A stretch of DNA of 64,000 nucleotides, from positions 8,370,001 through 8,434,000 of the forward strand of contig OX597832.1 in assembly GCA_951406725.2 (NCBI GenBank), written 5' to 3'. Position numbers and translations under genes: made by a program. Below, piece after piece: positions 1 through 11,424 of the stretch; position 1 is the stretch's first letter, and the number at the start of each line of letters is the position of its first letter. The DNA is from Octopus vulgaris (Eukaryota). Under the pieces are notes generated by a model, which was not told the DNA's origin, did not search any database, and saw only the letters and a list, made by a program, of their open reading frames with translations.

Positions 1-2237
1 ACCTTCCATCCAACGCCCTACGACGTTATTGGACGGCTTCGGCTTGCCCCTCCAGGTGCCGAGTTGCAAACCGACCGACTTGTCCTTGTTAACCTTTGCT
101 CCTGCCACCGCCTCGTAACTTTTGATGGCCTCTTCCACCACTGGAAGCTGGCCTTCGTCTGCCACGATGATGGAGGTGTCATCCGCATACGCCGTAGCTC
201 CTCTTCCACACCATAGATCATGCGGCGCGCCCCCTAGTACCTCCAACTTCCGCAGCAAAGGCTCAAGAGCCAATACGTATAGGAGCGAGGACAGGGGACA
301 CCCTTGACGAACTGAACGCTCGATCCTGAACGGCTTCGAAAAGGAACCGTTCACCTTGACTACAGACTCGATGTCGCTATACAAAGCAGCGATCCAACCT
401 CGAAAGGTCGGGCCTAGGCCAGCCTCTCCGAGGACCGCCGCCAGGTACCGATGGTCGACCCTATCAAATGCTTTGGACTGGTCTAAATGTACCAGTGCTC
501 CCCCTGCGCCAGAAAGCTTCCCCACCCTCTCTAAGGAGTAGCGTATAAGGTGGAGATTGTCGTGGATCGTTCTGCCGGGGATAGCGCACATTTGCGCTTC
601 CCCGACAAGTTTGTCCACGACCCGCGCCAACCTTTTTGCTAGCACCTTGGCCAGAATCTTTAACTCTGTGTTTAACAGAGTTATGGGCCTGAAGTTCCCT
701 ATCTCGTCCCCCTTGTTCGGGTCCTTCCTGATCAACGTCACCGCCCCCCGGCTCGCAGACTTGGGAATTCTCCCATTCTGCTGCCAGTTGGCGTAGACGC
801 TAGCCAGCAGGTGCCCGAACAAGTCTGGCATACTTCTATAAAATTCATAGGGCAGACCATCGAGACCCGGCGACTTCTCCCCGGGGCACTTGCCCAACAC
901 CTCGATTACTTCCTCGGCTGTGAATGGCCCTTCACAGCACTCAGCCTCTCGTGTCGAGAGGCGCGGGCCACCAGACAGGAAGTCCCTAAGGGCCTCACCA
1001 TGATCCAGCGTCCCGCACCCCCGAACAACTCGGCGAAGTGCTTGTGAAGTGCCTCACACATCTCGTCCCGCTTCTTGATCGTGCATCCGTTTTCATCAAC
1101 AAGAGACCCAATTGTGGCATCGTTTCCACGCTGTGTTTCTATCGTACGGGCCCATCCGGCAACATTAATCCCCTCACGGCCCAATGCTCGTACTTTAGCC
1201 CGGACTCTACATCCCTCATGTTTGGTTTTGAGGTGACGGTCTAATGCCGTTCTCGCCGCTAAAATGTGAGATGCAGAGCCCAACCTCAACGCCTCCTCTA
1301 AGTTCTTAACTTGTTGCCCTTCTATTCTAGCCCTATCTAGTCTTAGTTGTTTACTAAATCTAATGGACTCGAATCGAATGGCTCTTTTGAGGGTGAACCA
1401 CCACCGGTTATTAACCACGGCTCCGGTTAACGCCCTCTGCACTAACACCTTAATCCGGCTACGGTATGCCTCGCGTGTCAAAATAGACTTGTTCAGCTTC
1501 CAGTAGCCGGTTTCTATCTTAAGTGTGCTATCTATGTCCAGTCTACACGTGACCATTCTATGGTCAGTATAGGGCACCTGGACGAGCTGTGGACAACTAA
1601 AACTAGACTTATCTCTAGTTCTTATCACTATCCTGTCTAGATAAGACTTGAACCTTCCGTCGCCACTCATCCAGGTCCACTCTGGGACGTTCGGATGGTC
1701 AAGTCTGTAACGATCTGCTAGCTGAAACCGCTTAAGCAGATCTACGAGACGTGAGTTCACTTTCCTATAGATCGAGCCAACGCTATCGATGTGTACGTCA
1801 ACGATAGCATTAAAGTCCCCTAATATCACTAAAGTCTTCGACGTCACGAGAAAGCCCTCTAGGCGCCGATAAAAATCAGTTTGGAAACCTCTAGCACAAG
1901 GTGCATAGAGTCCGATCAACCTGAAGGCCTTACTGCTGTATGTCACATCAAGGACGACCAGCCCACCTTCTGGGTCTACATAGACTGTACTTGTCTGTAG
2001 AGCCAAGTCTTTACGGATCAGTACCACTACGCCCCCTCGCCCTCCGCTCTGGCCAGGAAACATGATTTTCTCGTAGCCATTCAGGAGAGGCGAGAAGGTT
2101 TGTAGGCTGTCCAGCTTGGTCTCTGTAGCAACCATCACATGTATATCATGTGATCTGAGGTCGTCGATGAAACAAGCCTGCTTCCACTTCGAACTCAGAC
2201 CACGCACATTTAAACAACCAAGGTTAAGCGAAGCCAT
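1..2237 (-). CDS. LINE ORF2 (APE endonuclease + reverse transcriptase), one -1 frameshift near 1010-1025, partial
   Basis: ORF 906..2237 has NVRGL, ATETKL, GDFN, SYLDRI and TDH. A second frame, stop-free from 1053 to 1, reads KSPGLDGLPYEFY, NFRPITLLNTELKILAKVLA, LDQSKAFDRVDH, VRQGCPLS and AYADD (DD at 178-183). Confidence 0.93.
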
Positions 2238-2254
2238 TACAAAAAGTAAAAGTT

Positions 2255-3680
2255 CTACTTACATTTCGTTGGATAGGTGGGGGCCGACCTCACCACACGT
2301 TTGTGGGCCCCTTCTTTCTCCTCTTTCTTCAGATAGTCCGGCAAGTTCGCGATATGCCGGATGGCGTTTGGGTGTCTGTCTTTTAATTGTTTGAACGTTG
2401 TTTCCGCAATCCACGCGTGTCTATTTCGATCTTTGTATTTGTTGTACAGTCTTGCTGACTTATGCTGAACCACAATATCGTTTATGTATTTGTCTTGTGT
2501 GTCGAATTCAATTAATATGAGTTCATTTTCTTTTTTGTCTTCTTTTTCTGGGCCAGTTGAGCGGGATTTTTTTTCCGTGTCTGTGGTGTGTCTTTGTTTT
2601 TATTATTTTTTGTAGGGGATGTGGACGGGGATGCTGCACGAATTCTTTTACGAACTGGTGTAAATCCCCCCTCTGATACCTCCATGGTATCGTCTGGGGT
2701 AGCAATAGTTTGTTCGGTAGGCGCCGCAGTTTTTAGGGGGGTGGGAGGTTTTAATAGTGTAAGGGTTTGTGAGTGCGAGGGCTGGGTTTTTTCTTCAGTC
2801 TGTTTTGGGGTTGGCACCGTAACAGCAGGGGTGGGATTTGTTGTTTTTGTAGGGGTAGGTGTGTTTGCAAGGGTAGGGACTTTTTTATTATCTGAGGGGC
2901 CTGGTGTCTGCGGTTTCTTTTGCTTGTCTGGACAGTCTACACGAATGTGGCCCTTTTTGCCGCAGGCGTAACAGGTGGGTTTTCGGCCTTCGACCTGTAC
3001 CCTGAGGGCTACGTTCTCGCCCACGAGCACCCTCTCAGGAAGGAGCTGCAGGTCCTCCGCTGTTCCTTGAATTAATATATTAATGTTACGCCCGAGCCAA
3101 AATCGAGGGGTAGAGCATGTTACTTCTAGTATTTTTATTTTGTCCGCCCTTTTATATAACAGGGCGGCCACTACCTCTACCGGATCTACTTCCGGCGGGG
3201 CTTCTACAATCCTGACCCGGGACGTCCTGCGTCCCCTATAGCTTGGGAAAAGTACCACCTCCTTGGTTTTTAGGGGGTTCACAGAATGCCCGCGGGCCAT
3301 TTCTTTCCCCGGAAGCGGACATCCACAGTGCCATATGCCCGTCCCCTGGCGACGTACACGATGTCCTTCCAAATAGGGGACAGGCATTTCTCGATGGTGC
3401 TTTTTTCAAAGTGTTTGAACCTGCTGCTTTGTGGACAGAAAGTTTTAAACACTACGGTCCGCTTCTCGGTCTCCACGATACTGGCGGAGGGAGATATTTT
3501 AACATCACCACCCTCCTCTTGCATTCTTTTAAATAGCTCGACGAGCTGGTTGACATCGATGTCAATGTTCTCGGCAGCCACTGCGGCCACCGCAGAAAAC
3601 TTTTTAACATTGCTCTCCTCAAGAGCACTACTTTCGTGGATAATTTCAACAGGCATTATTCTGTTGAAATTAGACAACAC
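2255..3680 (-). CDS. LINE ORF1 (gag-like; CCHC zinc knuckle, Pro/Thr-rich linker), split by two -1 frameshifts
   Basis: ORFs 3279..3680, 2512..3387 (CYACGKKGHIRVDC) and 2255..2473 join through -1 shifts at ~3305 and ~2530. Ends 17 nt before the ORF2 ATG. Confidence 0.85.
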
Positions 3681-4045
3681 AAAAATTACGAATATTGGTT
3701 TCCCACAAAACTGGGAAACCTATAGAAAGTTTTTCTTCCAAAGTAGTTCAAAAAAGCAGTTCAAAAATTCCAATTCCCACCCCCATTCGGGGAGGGGCAC
3801 GAAAATAGTCTGGCAGGACTATATATAGTCACGTAAATAAAAAAGCCACAATGGCTAACAGTTCAACGGTAAGAAATTATCCAATTATTCCCCGGTAAAA
3901 CCGGAGAACAAGACAGTTCAGCAACGTTTAAAGACAAATTTTCAGTAGTAGGAATTCAACAATTAACAACACAGCAAAATTCTTACCGGGAAGAAAACGC
4001 GTCCAAACCGTAGTACGGTAAGCAAAGTCACTCTTCAGTCAGTGA

Positions 4046-4079
4046 GGTTAGCAAAGCTACTTACCACACAGCCACTCCT
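4046..4079 (-). mobile_element. 5' head fragment of the major tRNA-derived SINE
   Basis: GGAGTGGCTGTGTGGTAAGTAGCTTTGCTAACC on minus matches the SINE heads at 43432 and 25909. Confidence 0.85.
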
Positions 4080-4089
4080 ATACAAATAT

Positions 4090-4266
4090 ATATAAATAGG
4101 GAGAATTCACGAAAAAACAAAAGACGAAGGCAAGTGGTGTAGAAAACAAACAGATATATTAGTATAGCGCTCGGGAATTGAGAAAGTCTTTAACGTTTCG
4201 TGTCCACGCTCTTCCGCAGAAAGAAACAAGGAGAAAAACAAGGAGAGAAAAATGTGTGTAGTGGCA
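4090..4266 (-). mobile_element. Short Penelope-type terminal repeat with decayed hammerhead motif
   Basis: Clearly homologous to 51585-51758; hammerhead-like core at 4187-4224. Confidence 0.6.
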
Positions 4267-5073
4267 ATCAATAACTATCCGGACTGTTGCCATAGTAACA
4301 AAGCTAATTCACGCGGTGTAAAGCCGTTTGAACTTGTACTCTATTGTGCATGCACATTAAGTTTAGCGTTCTAGCTCACTTCCGCTATATGCAACACTGC
4401 TTGGAAGGAAGGTTTGTAGCGTGTGATCATCGCATTGACAACAATAGTAAAAAAGTTAAGCAGAGAATTTCCATCAATTTTTTTCAAAAGCTTGGCGATA
4501 ACTACTCAGAGGCCCACGCAAAGTTTTCAAAAAGAATTTTATCGTTACCGACACAATCAAGGGAATCTTGTGCAACTGGAAGGCTTGGGTGTCATTTTGG
4601 TCAGCTGAAAGCTGTTTTCGCCCAAATTTGGCTGACACGCGCCAAACGGAGCCGTAACTAATCTACACATTCTCTTACGACTCACGGATGGTGTTTCAAT
4701 GATTTCCTGTCAAAGCAGCACTCACTTCTGCTGGTTGCGGGTGTCCCAGAACGTTCTTCAATATCGACATTTTTCAGCCATCTTGGAAACATCTGAACCA
4801 CTCGTAAACTTGTGTGTGGCTTATACACTCCTCTCCATACACTTTCTGCAACTTTGCATAGGCCTCTGAGCAGGAATCGCTATGACAACTTTCTTTGTTA
4901 AGGTCAATCCGACGGTCAAACTCTATACACCTTCATTCCAAGCGAGCTAGAATGTTTAAACTTAGTGTGTGGACACAACAGCGGTCAAGGTTAATCATGG
5001 GCAACCAGCCCTCACTCGGTTTGATTTAGCTTCGTTATAATGCAACAATCCGGATACTTATTGATCAGATTTT
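4267..5073 (-). mobile_element. Non-autonomous mariner derivative made of two inverted 5' ends
   Basis: TIR ATCAATAACTATCCGGACTGTTGC with inverted copy at ~5042-5069; same family as 56758-57622 in opposite orientation. Confidence 0.8.
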
Positions 5074-5108
5074 ATACACACACACACACACACACATATA
5101 TATCTATA

Positions 5109-5152
<44 letters not shown>

Positions 5153-5153
<1 letters not shown>

Positions 5154-6204
5154 GTCAAGTTACGAAAAACAAGCATTTTCGACACCTTTATGCTTTTAAT
5201 AAATGTTCTAAGGACGCAAAAGCTGATTGCAACATTTGTGCTGTGTATGGAGAGGGTGCTATAGCTGAAAGAACCGCTCGTGATTGGAGTGCCAAGTTCA
5301 AAAAGGGAAAATTTAACCTCAAAGACGCACCTCTTTCTGGCTATCCAGTTAAGTTCGCTGAAGAGCGATTAAACCAACTTTTACACGAAAATTCTCGTCA
5401 AACGACAAGGGGACTGGCAGCGAAAATTGAATATTCCCACATTGTTATAGAGAAGCACCTTCACTTGATGGGAAAGGTTCAAAAGCATAGAGCATGTGTT
5501 CCGCATGCTTTAGGTTACAACAACAAATATCAACGAATCACAATCTCCGCTGGTTAGCCTGCTCGTCACCGCTCAACTCATGGACACAAGCAACGATTCC
5601 TTACTGTATCGTTAATGGCGACGAAAAACATCAATAGGCTTGGCAGCGCGTGAAACAAGATTTTCATCCGCGTAAAACGATGTTGTGCGTATGGTGGGAC
5701 TGCGAAGGGATTATCCATTACGAATTGCTTGAACGGCACCAAACGGTCAATGCGGAACTCTATGTTCAAGAGATTGAACGATTCAACACGGCTATTCAAG
5801 AGAAAGGACCTAATTGGCAATATGGAGTTCTTCTGTTGCACGACAACGCCCGCCCTCATATCGCCTATATGACCAAGGAAGTCATTCAACCGCATGGCTG
5901 GAAAGTACTGCCACACCCACCGTTATCTCCTGATTTGGCACTAACGGATTTCCACCTCTTCCGATCACGTTGAAAAGCTATTCCCGGAGTTTCGTTCAAT
6001 TCCCAGAGCTTGGTTGGATCAATCTTTCGAGTCAAGATCGAGTGATTTCTAACAACGAGGTATTGAAAATCTTGTTCAACTTCGGGAAGAAGTTGTAAAC
6101 AACAAGGGTAAATGCATTAAAGATTAATTAGTTTAGTTAATGTTTTTTATTAAACATTTCAAAAAACTTGAATAAAAAACAACGATGGAAACTTTGTTGC
6201 CAAC

Positions 6205-6208
<4 letters not shown>
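5153..6208 (+). pseudogene. Decayed mariner transposase with 3' TIR
   Basis: ORFs 5243..5557 (HTH region, CVPHAL) and 5650..5973 (MLCVWWD, LLLHDNARPH, PHPPLSPDLALTDFHLF). TIR GGAAACTTTGTTGCCAACCCAA followed by TA. Confidence 0.9.
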
Positions 6209-6239
<31 letters not shown>

Positions 6240-6341
6240 CTAAAACAAGGAAAAAATATATGTGTATAAATATATATACATATATACACACGTATATACA
6301 TATACATACATACAGACGTACATACATACATACATACATAC

Positions 6342-6384
<43 letters not shown>

Positions 6385-6385
<1 letters not shown>

Positions 6386-6625
6386 TGGCATATGGAGCAT
6401 TACGTTTTGCACCAGATAGGTTGCAGGGGCTGACGGTAGTGTGTCGAATTGTAGACTAAACTGCCTACGGGGCTCCACTCCGGATTTATTTGAAGGTTAT
6501 CTCCTTTCCGTATCCCTGGATAGGGGCCCATACCGGGTGCTGTCAGCCAGAACCAGCTGAGACCGGAATCGTGTCAGGCAGGGTCGTCACTCACTGAAGT
6601 AGTGAAGAAAATCACTACCCACTAC
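6385..6625 (-). mobile_element. GC-rich fragment resembling an RTE-clade LINE 5'UTR
   Basis: GC-rich island; AAATCCGGAGTGGAGCCCCGTAGGCAG resembles RTE 5'UTRs from recall only. Confidence 0.35.
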
Positions 6626-6809
6626 CTATAGCTAATGTATAACGCATACATTTTATCACTATATACAAATCATTTTTGAAGGTTGTTTAGCAAGATGTTA
6701 CGCCACCATCTTTTTCGAATTATGAGAGACATCCATCACCATATGATATCTGAAACTTAAGCGTATATCAAATATAGATTTAGTTATACTTGTTCCGCAA
6801 GATATGTGT

Positions 6810-6876
<67 letters not shown>

Positions 6877-6959
6877 TATGTACACCTGAAAAAACTAAGT
6901 CATTTTGCTTGGTGGAAAATTTTAATATTTAATAATGAAATAGTCGAGAAGATATGATA

Positions 6960-7128
6960 TTGCTCTGGGCTCGCTCTAGGCAAGAAGTTGAACATTTTTT
7001 TGCTCATGGAACTACATGGACCCTAAGTAAGGCATGTGTAAAATTTGAATGAAATTGGTTGTGTAGTTCTTAAGTTTTAGGGAAACACACAGACAGACAC
7101 ACATTCTCATTTTCGTATATATAGAGAT
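6960..7128. mobile_element. Helitron/Helentron-type non-autonomous element end
   Basis: AAATTTGAATGAAATTGGTTGTGTAGTT...ACAGACAGACACAC...TATATATAGAGA layout; the reverse complement starts TC-T-ATATATA like the Helitron at 29430. Confidence 0.45.
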
Positions 7129-7132
7129 ATTC

Positions 7133-7133
<1 letters not shown>

Positions 7134-7202
<69 letters not shown>

Positions 7203-7212
7203 TAATAATAAT
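7134..7212 (+). repeat. (AAT)n microsatellite
   Basis: Direct read. Confidence 0.98.
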
Positions 7213-8070
7213 AAACTGATATAAACAGAGACAAAAATTTAGGAAGCGGAAAAATACAAGAAATGAGTCATAGTAGCTGACAACTATAAAAAAAACAAAC
7301 AAAATAAAACAAAGTTTGTAAAACAACATAAATTCGAGCTAAACTGGAAGAACAAAATACCATAAAACGATGACAAGAAAAGCCCTTACATGGCAAATAC
7401 TGGGACAGGCTAAATAGAAATGAAATAGACAAAGTAAAATCCCAATGATAGTTGAGAAACTCAGGACTCAATAGAGGGCCAGAAGGATTTTCAATTCCAG
7501 TACAAAATCAAAGATTCCCCACCAGAAACACATAATGAAAGAAAATACAAGTAACTGCTGAATATGTGGTGATGGGGGAAGAAGCAATGAATTATATTGT
7601 CTCTGTCTACCTAGTTCTGGTTACGAAGGAATATACCGACATAAATTACGGAGTTGAGACCTATATACACTGCAAACTATACCAACACCATGGAATGTCA
7701 ACAGAAAAAAAAAACGGTATAGGCATATCTCAGAAAATGACATTGCAGCTATACTCTCTGGATATACCAAAACACACAGATAAAGAATCAAGGTTAATAG
7801 ACCGGATACAGTTGTCAGAGGTTATCAAGAAGAACAAGTCCCTTCTAATCGATGTATCAATCTCAACAGATGACTATGTATGCTTAAAAGAAACGGAGAA
7901 ACTCTCAAAATACAAAGATCTAAAATTAGAGATAATCTGAATTTTGAACCTAAAATCAGAATCAATCTTTGCAACCGTTGCTGCATTAGGTATGATTAAA
8001 AACCATACAGACAAATACATAACCAAAACATCAAGTCTTACTAATGTATATAACATACAGAAAATTATTC
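7213..8070 (+). mobile_element. 3' remnant of an R4/Dong-like LINE (restriction-like endonuclease)
   Basis: Degenerate peptides EKPLHGKYW, LRNSGL, C.ICG..EE.MNYIVS, RPD, LLIDVSI, KETEKLSKYKDL and AALGMIK. Confidence 0.8.
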
Positions 8071-8140
8071 AGCCAAAGAATTGTGCTTTTTCTCATATCA
8101 CACTTTGACTTTAAATTTTGGATTTTCTTGCTAGATTAGT

Positions 8141-8672
8141 CAAGGCGGTGAGCTGGTAGAAACGTTAGGACACCCAGCGAAATGCTTAGCGGTATTTCGT
8201 CTTCCGCTACGCTCTGAGTTCAAATTCCTCCGAGGTTGCCTTTCATACTTTCGGGGTCGATTAAATAAGTACAAATCGACTTAATCCCTTTGTCTGTCCT
8301 TGTTTGTTCTCTCTGTGTTTAGCCCCTTTTGGGTAGTAAAGAAGTAGGTGTTTCGTCTGCCGTTACTTGTGAGTTCAAATTCCGCAGAAGTCGACTTTGC
8401 CTTTCATCCTTTCGGGGTCGATAAATTAAGTACGTACCAGTTACGCACTTGGGTCGATCTAATCGGTTGTCTGTCCTTATTTGTCCCCTCTGTGTTTAGC
8501 CCTTTCTGCTTATGTTCCAAATTCCGCCAAGGTCGACTTTGCCTTTCATCCTTTCAGGGTCGATTAAATAAGTACCAGTTGCGCATTGGTGTCGATCTAA
8601 TCGCCTTAATCCTTTTGTCTGTCCTTGTTTGTCACCTCTATGTTTAGCCCCTTGTGGGTAGTAAAGAAATAA
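8141..8672 (+). mobile_element. tRNA-derived SINE (OK-like family) with tandemly repeated 3' part
   Basis: Head GGCGGTGAGCTGGTAGAA, B-box GAGTTCAAATTCC, and three units of GCCTTTCAT.CTTTC.GGGTCGAT...GTAAAGAA. Confidence 0.85.
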
Positions 8673-9415
8673 AATTAGTCAAGATAGTTATTTTAAGGCA
8701 AAAAAAAAAAATTCGAATATTAAATCTGAGTAGTATCTCATGCAAAGTTATTTACATTAATTTTCTTCTATCTCTTGTTTAAAGGGTTTAATTGAAATAA
8801 TAGCTACTTAGAGAGATATATTTCGTGGGCACACATATATTACTCGTTCAGGGGACAGGATATATGCCAGATACAGCAGGAAGCACGAAAGTAAGTATAA
8901 ATGGGATGATACACAATGTTATTTGCTAAGTATTTAATATTTATAGCCATATTTTATAAAGACTCTGAAATCATACTAAATTTATAGAATGCCTAAAGCT
9001 ATGTCTGGCATTAACCAAAAGTATATTGCTCAAAATGTAATACAACCATAATAGCTGGTTTTTAACGTGTTAAATTTTCTAAATGAATTGATTGAAATTT
9101 TTTTAAATTTTTAACATGTTAAATATGAAAAATGATGTATATGGTGACATAAATATAATAACATTTAAGCAAATGCAGACTTGTAAATTCATTTAAAATG
9201 ACTAGTGGAATAATATACATTTACACAATTAAATTGTGATACAACGTTATATTATGTTTCTGACATGACAGGTGCTGTCTCAGTTTCGCAGTCAACGAGA
9301 ATGGTCTTTATGATTCTGTTAGCAAGAATACTGCTAGGAAACTCCATTTTAACTTGTTCGCTGAATTGCAAAGTACATTTTGAGAAACACATATTTCTTG
9401 GCCACACACACACAC

Positions 9416-9458
<43 letters not shown>

Positions 9459-9669
9459 CACACAGACACACACACTATATGTATATTTGTATCTAAGCGT
9501 GTGAATGTGTGTGGATTATGTGTGTGCGTGTGTGTGCATTGCGTGCGTTTGCGTGTGTATATATATATATATATATATATACCTGTGAATGTTTAAGCTG
9601 GAACCTCGCCGTCAAAGACGACGCATGAGAATTCAGTTGTCTTTGCTGAACGACGTGTAGACATACATA

Positions 9670-9845
9670 GGCGCAGGAGCAGCTGTGTGGTATGTAGATT
9701 GCATACCAATTACATGGTTCTGAATTCACTCCCACTGCGTGACACCTTGTACAAGTGTCTTCTGCCATACTCTCGGGTCGAACAAAGCCTTGTGAGTAAA
9801 TTTAGACTGGAACTGAAACAAGCCCGTCACACAACACACACACAG

Positions 9846-9910
<65 letters not shown>

Positions 9911-9921
9911 CATATATATAC

Positions 9922-9984
<63 letters not shown>

Positions 9985-10192
9985 TATATTTGTGTATACA
10001 TATGTGTGTGTGGGTTTGTGTATCACTTGACAACCGATCCTGGAGCGTTTACATGCCCGTAATTGAGCAGTTCGGCAATAAGAAACCGATAGAATAAGTA
10101 CTAGGCTTACACAGAATAGGTCTTGGAGTCAACTAGCTCAACTAAAGGTGATGTTCTAGCATGGCCGCAGTCAAATAACTGAATATAAAAGA
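9670..10192 (+). mobile_element. Major tRNA-derived SINE with internal microsatellite
   Basis: Head GGCGCAGGAG...CCCACTGCGTG, internal (CA)/(TA)n, tail GCATGGCCGCAGTCAAAT. Confidence 0.9.
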
Positions 10193-10678
10193 ATATATAT
10201 ATACACTATTACATTTATGTCTGCATACGCGCAAATATAAACGTGAACATATATAAGAAGCTTATATGTCCATATATGAGTATATAGATACGCATATATG
10301 TAGATGACTATTTGCATATGTTCTTACTTTTATTCAGGAAAAGTGTAGTAAAATCACTGACACGAAGTCAGTGTTCACTCAATTCTTCATATATTCTAAT
10401 TTGACTCACTTGGTATATTTCAAATAAATGTCGTTCGTCCATTGAAAAGTGTATTACATTGATTTGACTATTCCTTTCCTCAAGGATTAGAACTTATCCT
10501 TGGGGATTAGAACTTATATAGGTGATATACATGTCTTGAATTCGGGAAATGCTTCGTTTAATAATTTATTCGCAGATATAAACACTCATCATTAGTATAT
10601 TTTCGTACATTATACTAGTCGAGGTCTCTCACGAAGTGCTGGTGAGGTGACCGTCTGGATTATATATATATATATATA

Positions 10679-11230
10679 TAGAAAATGAATGATAGAAGAC
10701 GGAATATACATGAACTTATTAATTACGACAAATGTTCTGACTCATCTAGCATCAATTACTCATGGGTGTAGCACTCAACAACTGGTTCAGGTGCATCCGG
10801 TGGTGCAGATGTATTTCGTCGAGTGATAAATAAATAACAGCAACTCGTTAAAATGATTGTTCCTTTCCGTTTTGTAGAGAGGAAAAACAGCCGGACGGAG
10901 AAAAAATCTTCATATATATAGAAGACCAAAACTAAAATTGTAGATGACAAAAAGAGAAACGAACACGTAATCCAGAGAGAAAAGATTATTCGACATCCTG
11001 GCTGATTTTCCCTCTACATAACAGTAAATTACATTGTGGAACAGTCAATTTAACGAGTTGTTTTTATTTACTTATCACCCGACGAGATGCATCTGCACCA
11101 CCGGATGCTCCTGAACCAGTTGTTGATTGTCCCACTCAAGAGGAATCGATGCTAGATGCATGAAAACAGCTGTCGAGATTAATTACAAATTTCTCGTATA
11201 TCCCATCATCTGTCTTTCATTCGTTATATA
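10679..11230. repeat. Long imperfect inverted repeat (Penelope-type termini)
   Basis: Arm ~10679-10911 is the reverse complement of ~10980-11230 (e.g. CAACTGGTTCAGGTGCATCCGGTGGTGCAGATG vs CATCTGCACCACCGGATGCTCCTGAACCAGTTG). Confidence 0.9.
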
Positions 11231-11424
11231 CCTAGCAACCCCTCTGAAAATGATCGTGCTTTACCACTAAGCTACCTGGTATAAACCATATGTTTTATTA
11301 TCCATTATATATATATATATATACTATATAAAGCTGAAATCCGAAAAGTTAGTCTCCTTTTGCGATTGGAACGGGATAAGAGGCACTGGATGGGGCTGGA
11401 TTGGCTTCAAAATTTTACAAACAG

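Larger units (their letters stand above)
1..4045 (-). mobile_element. Tx1/L1-clade non-LTR retrotransposon; 5' end in window, 3' part runs off the left edge
   Basis: GC-rich block. On minus: 5'UTR (~3681-4045), ORF1 with CCHC, then ORF2 with APE endonuclease and RT motifs. Confidence 0.93.

Noticed and set aside
122-3828. Plus-strand ORFs over the LINE
   Set aside because: Antisense shadows of a GC-rich coding strand.
8141-8672. Repeated units resembling a CRISPR array
   Set aside because: Tandem SINE segments with no unique spacers and no cas genes, in eukaryotic DNA.
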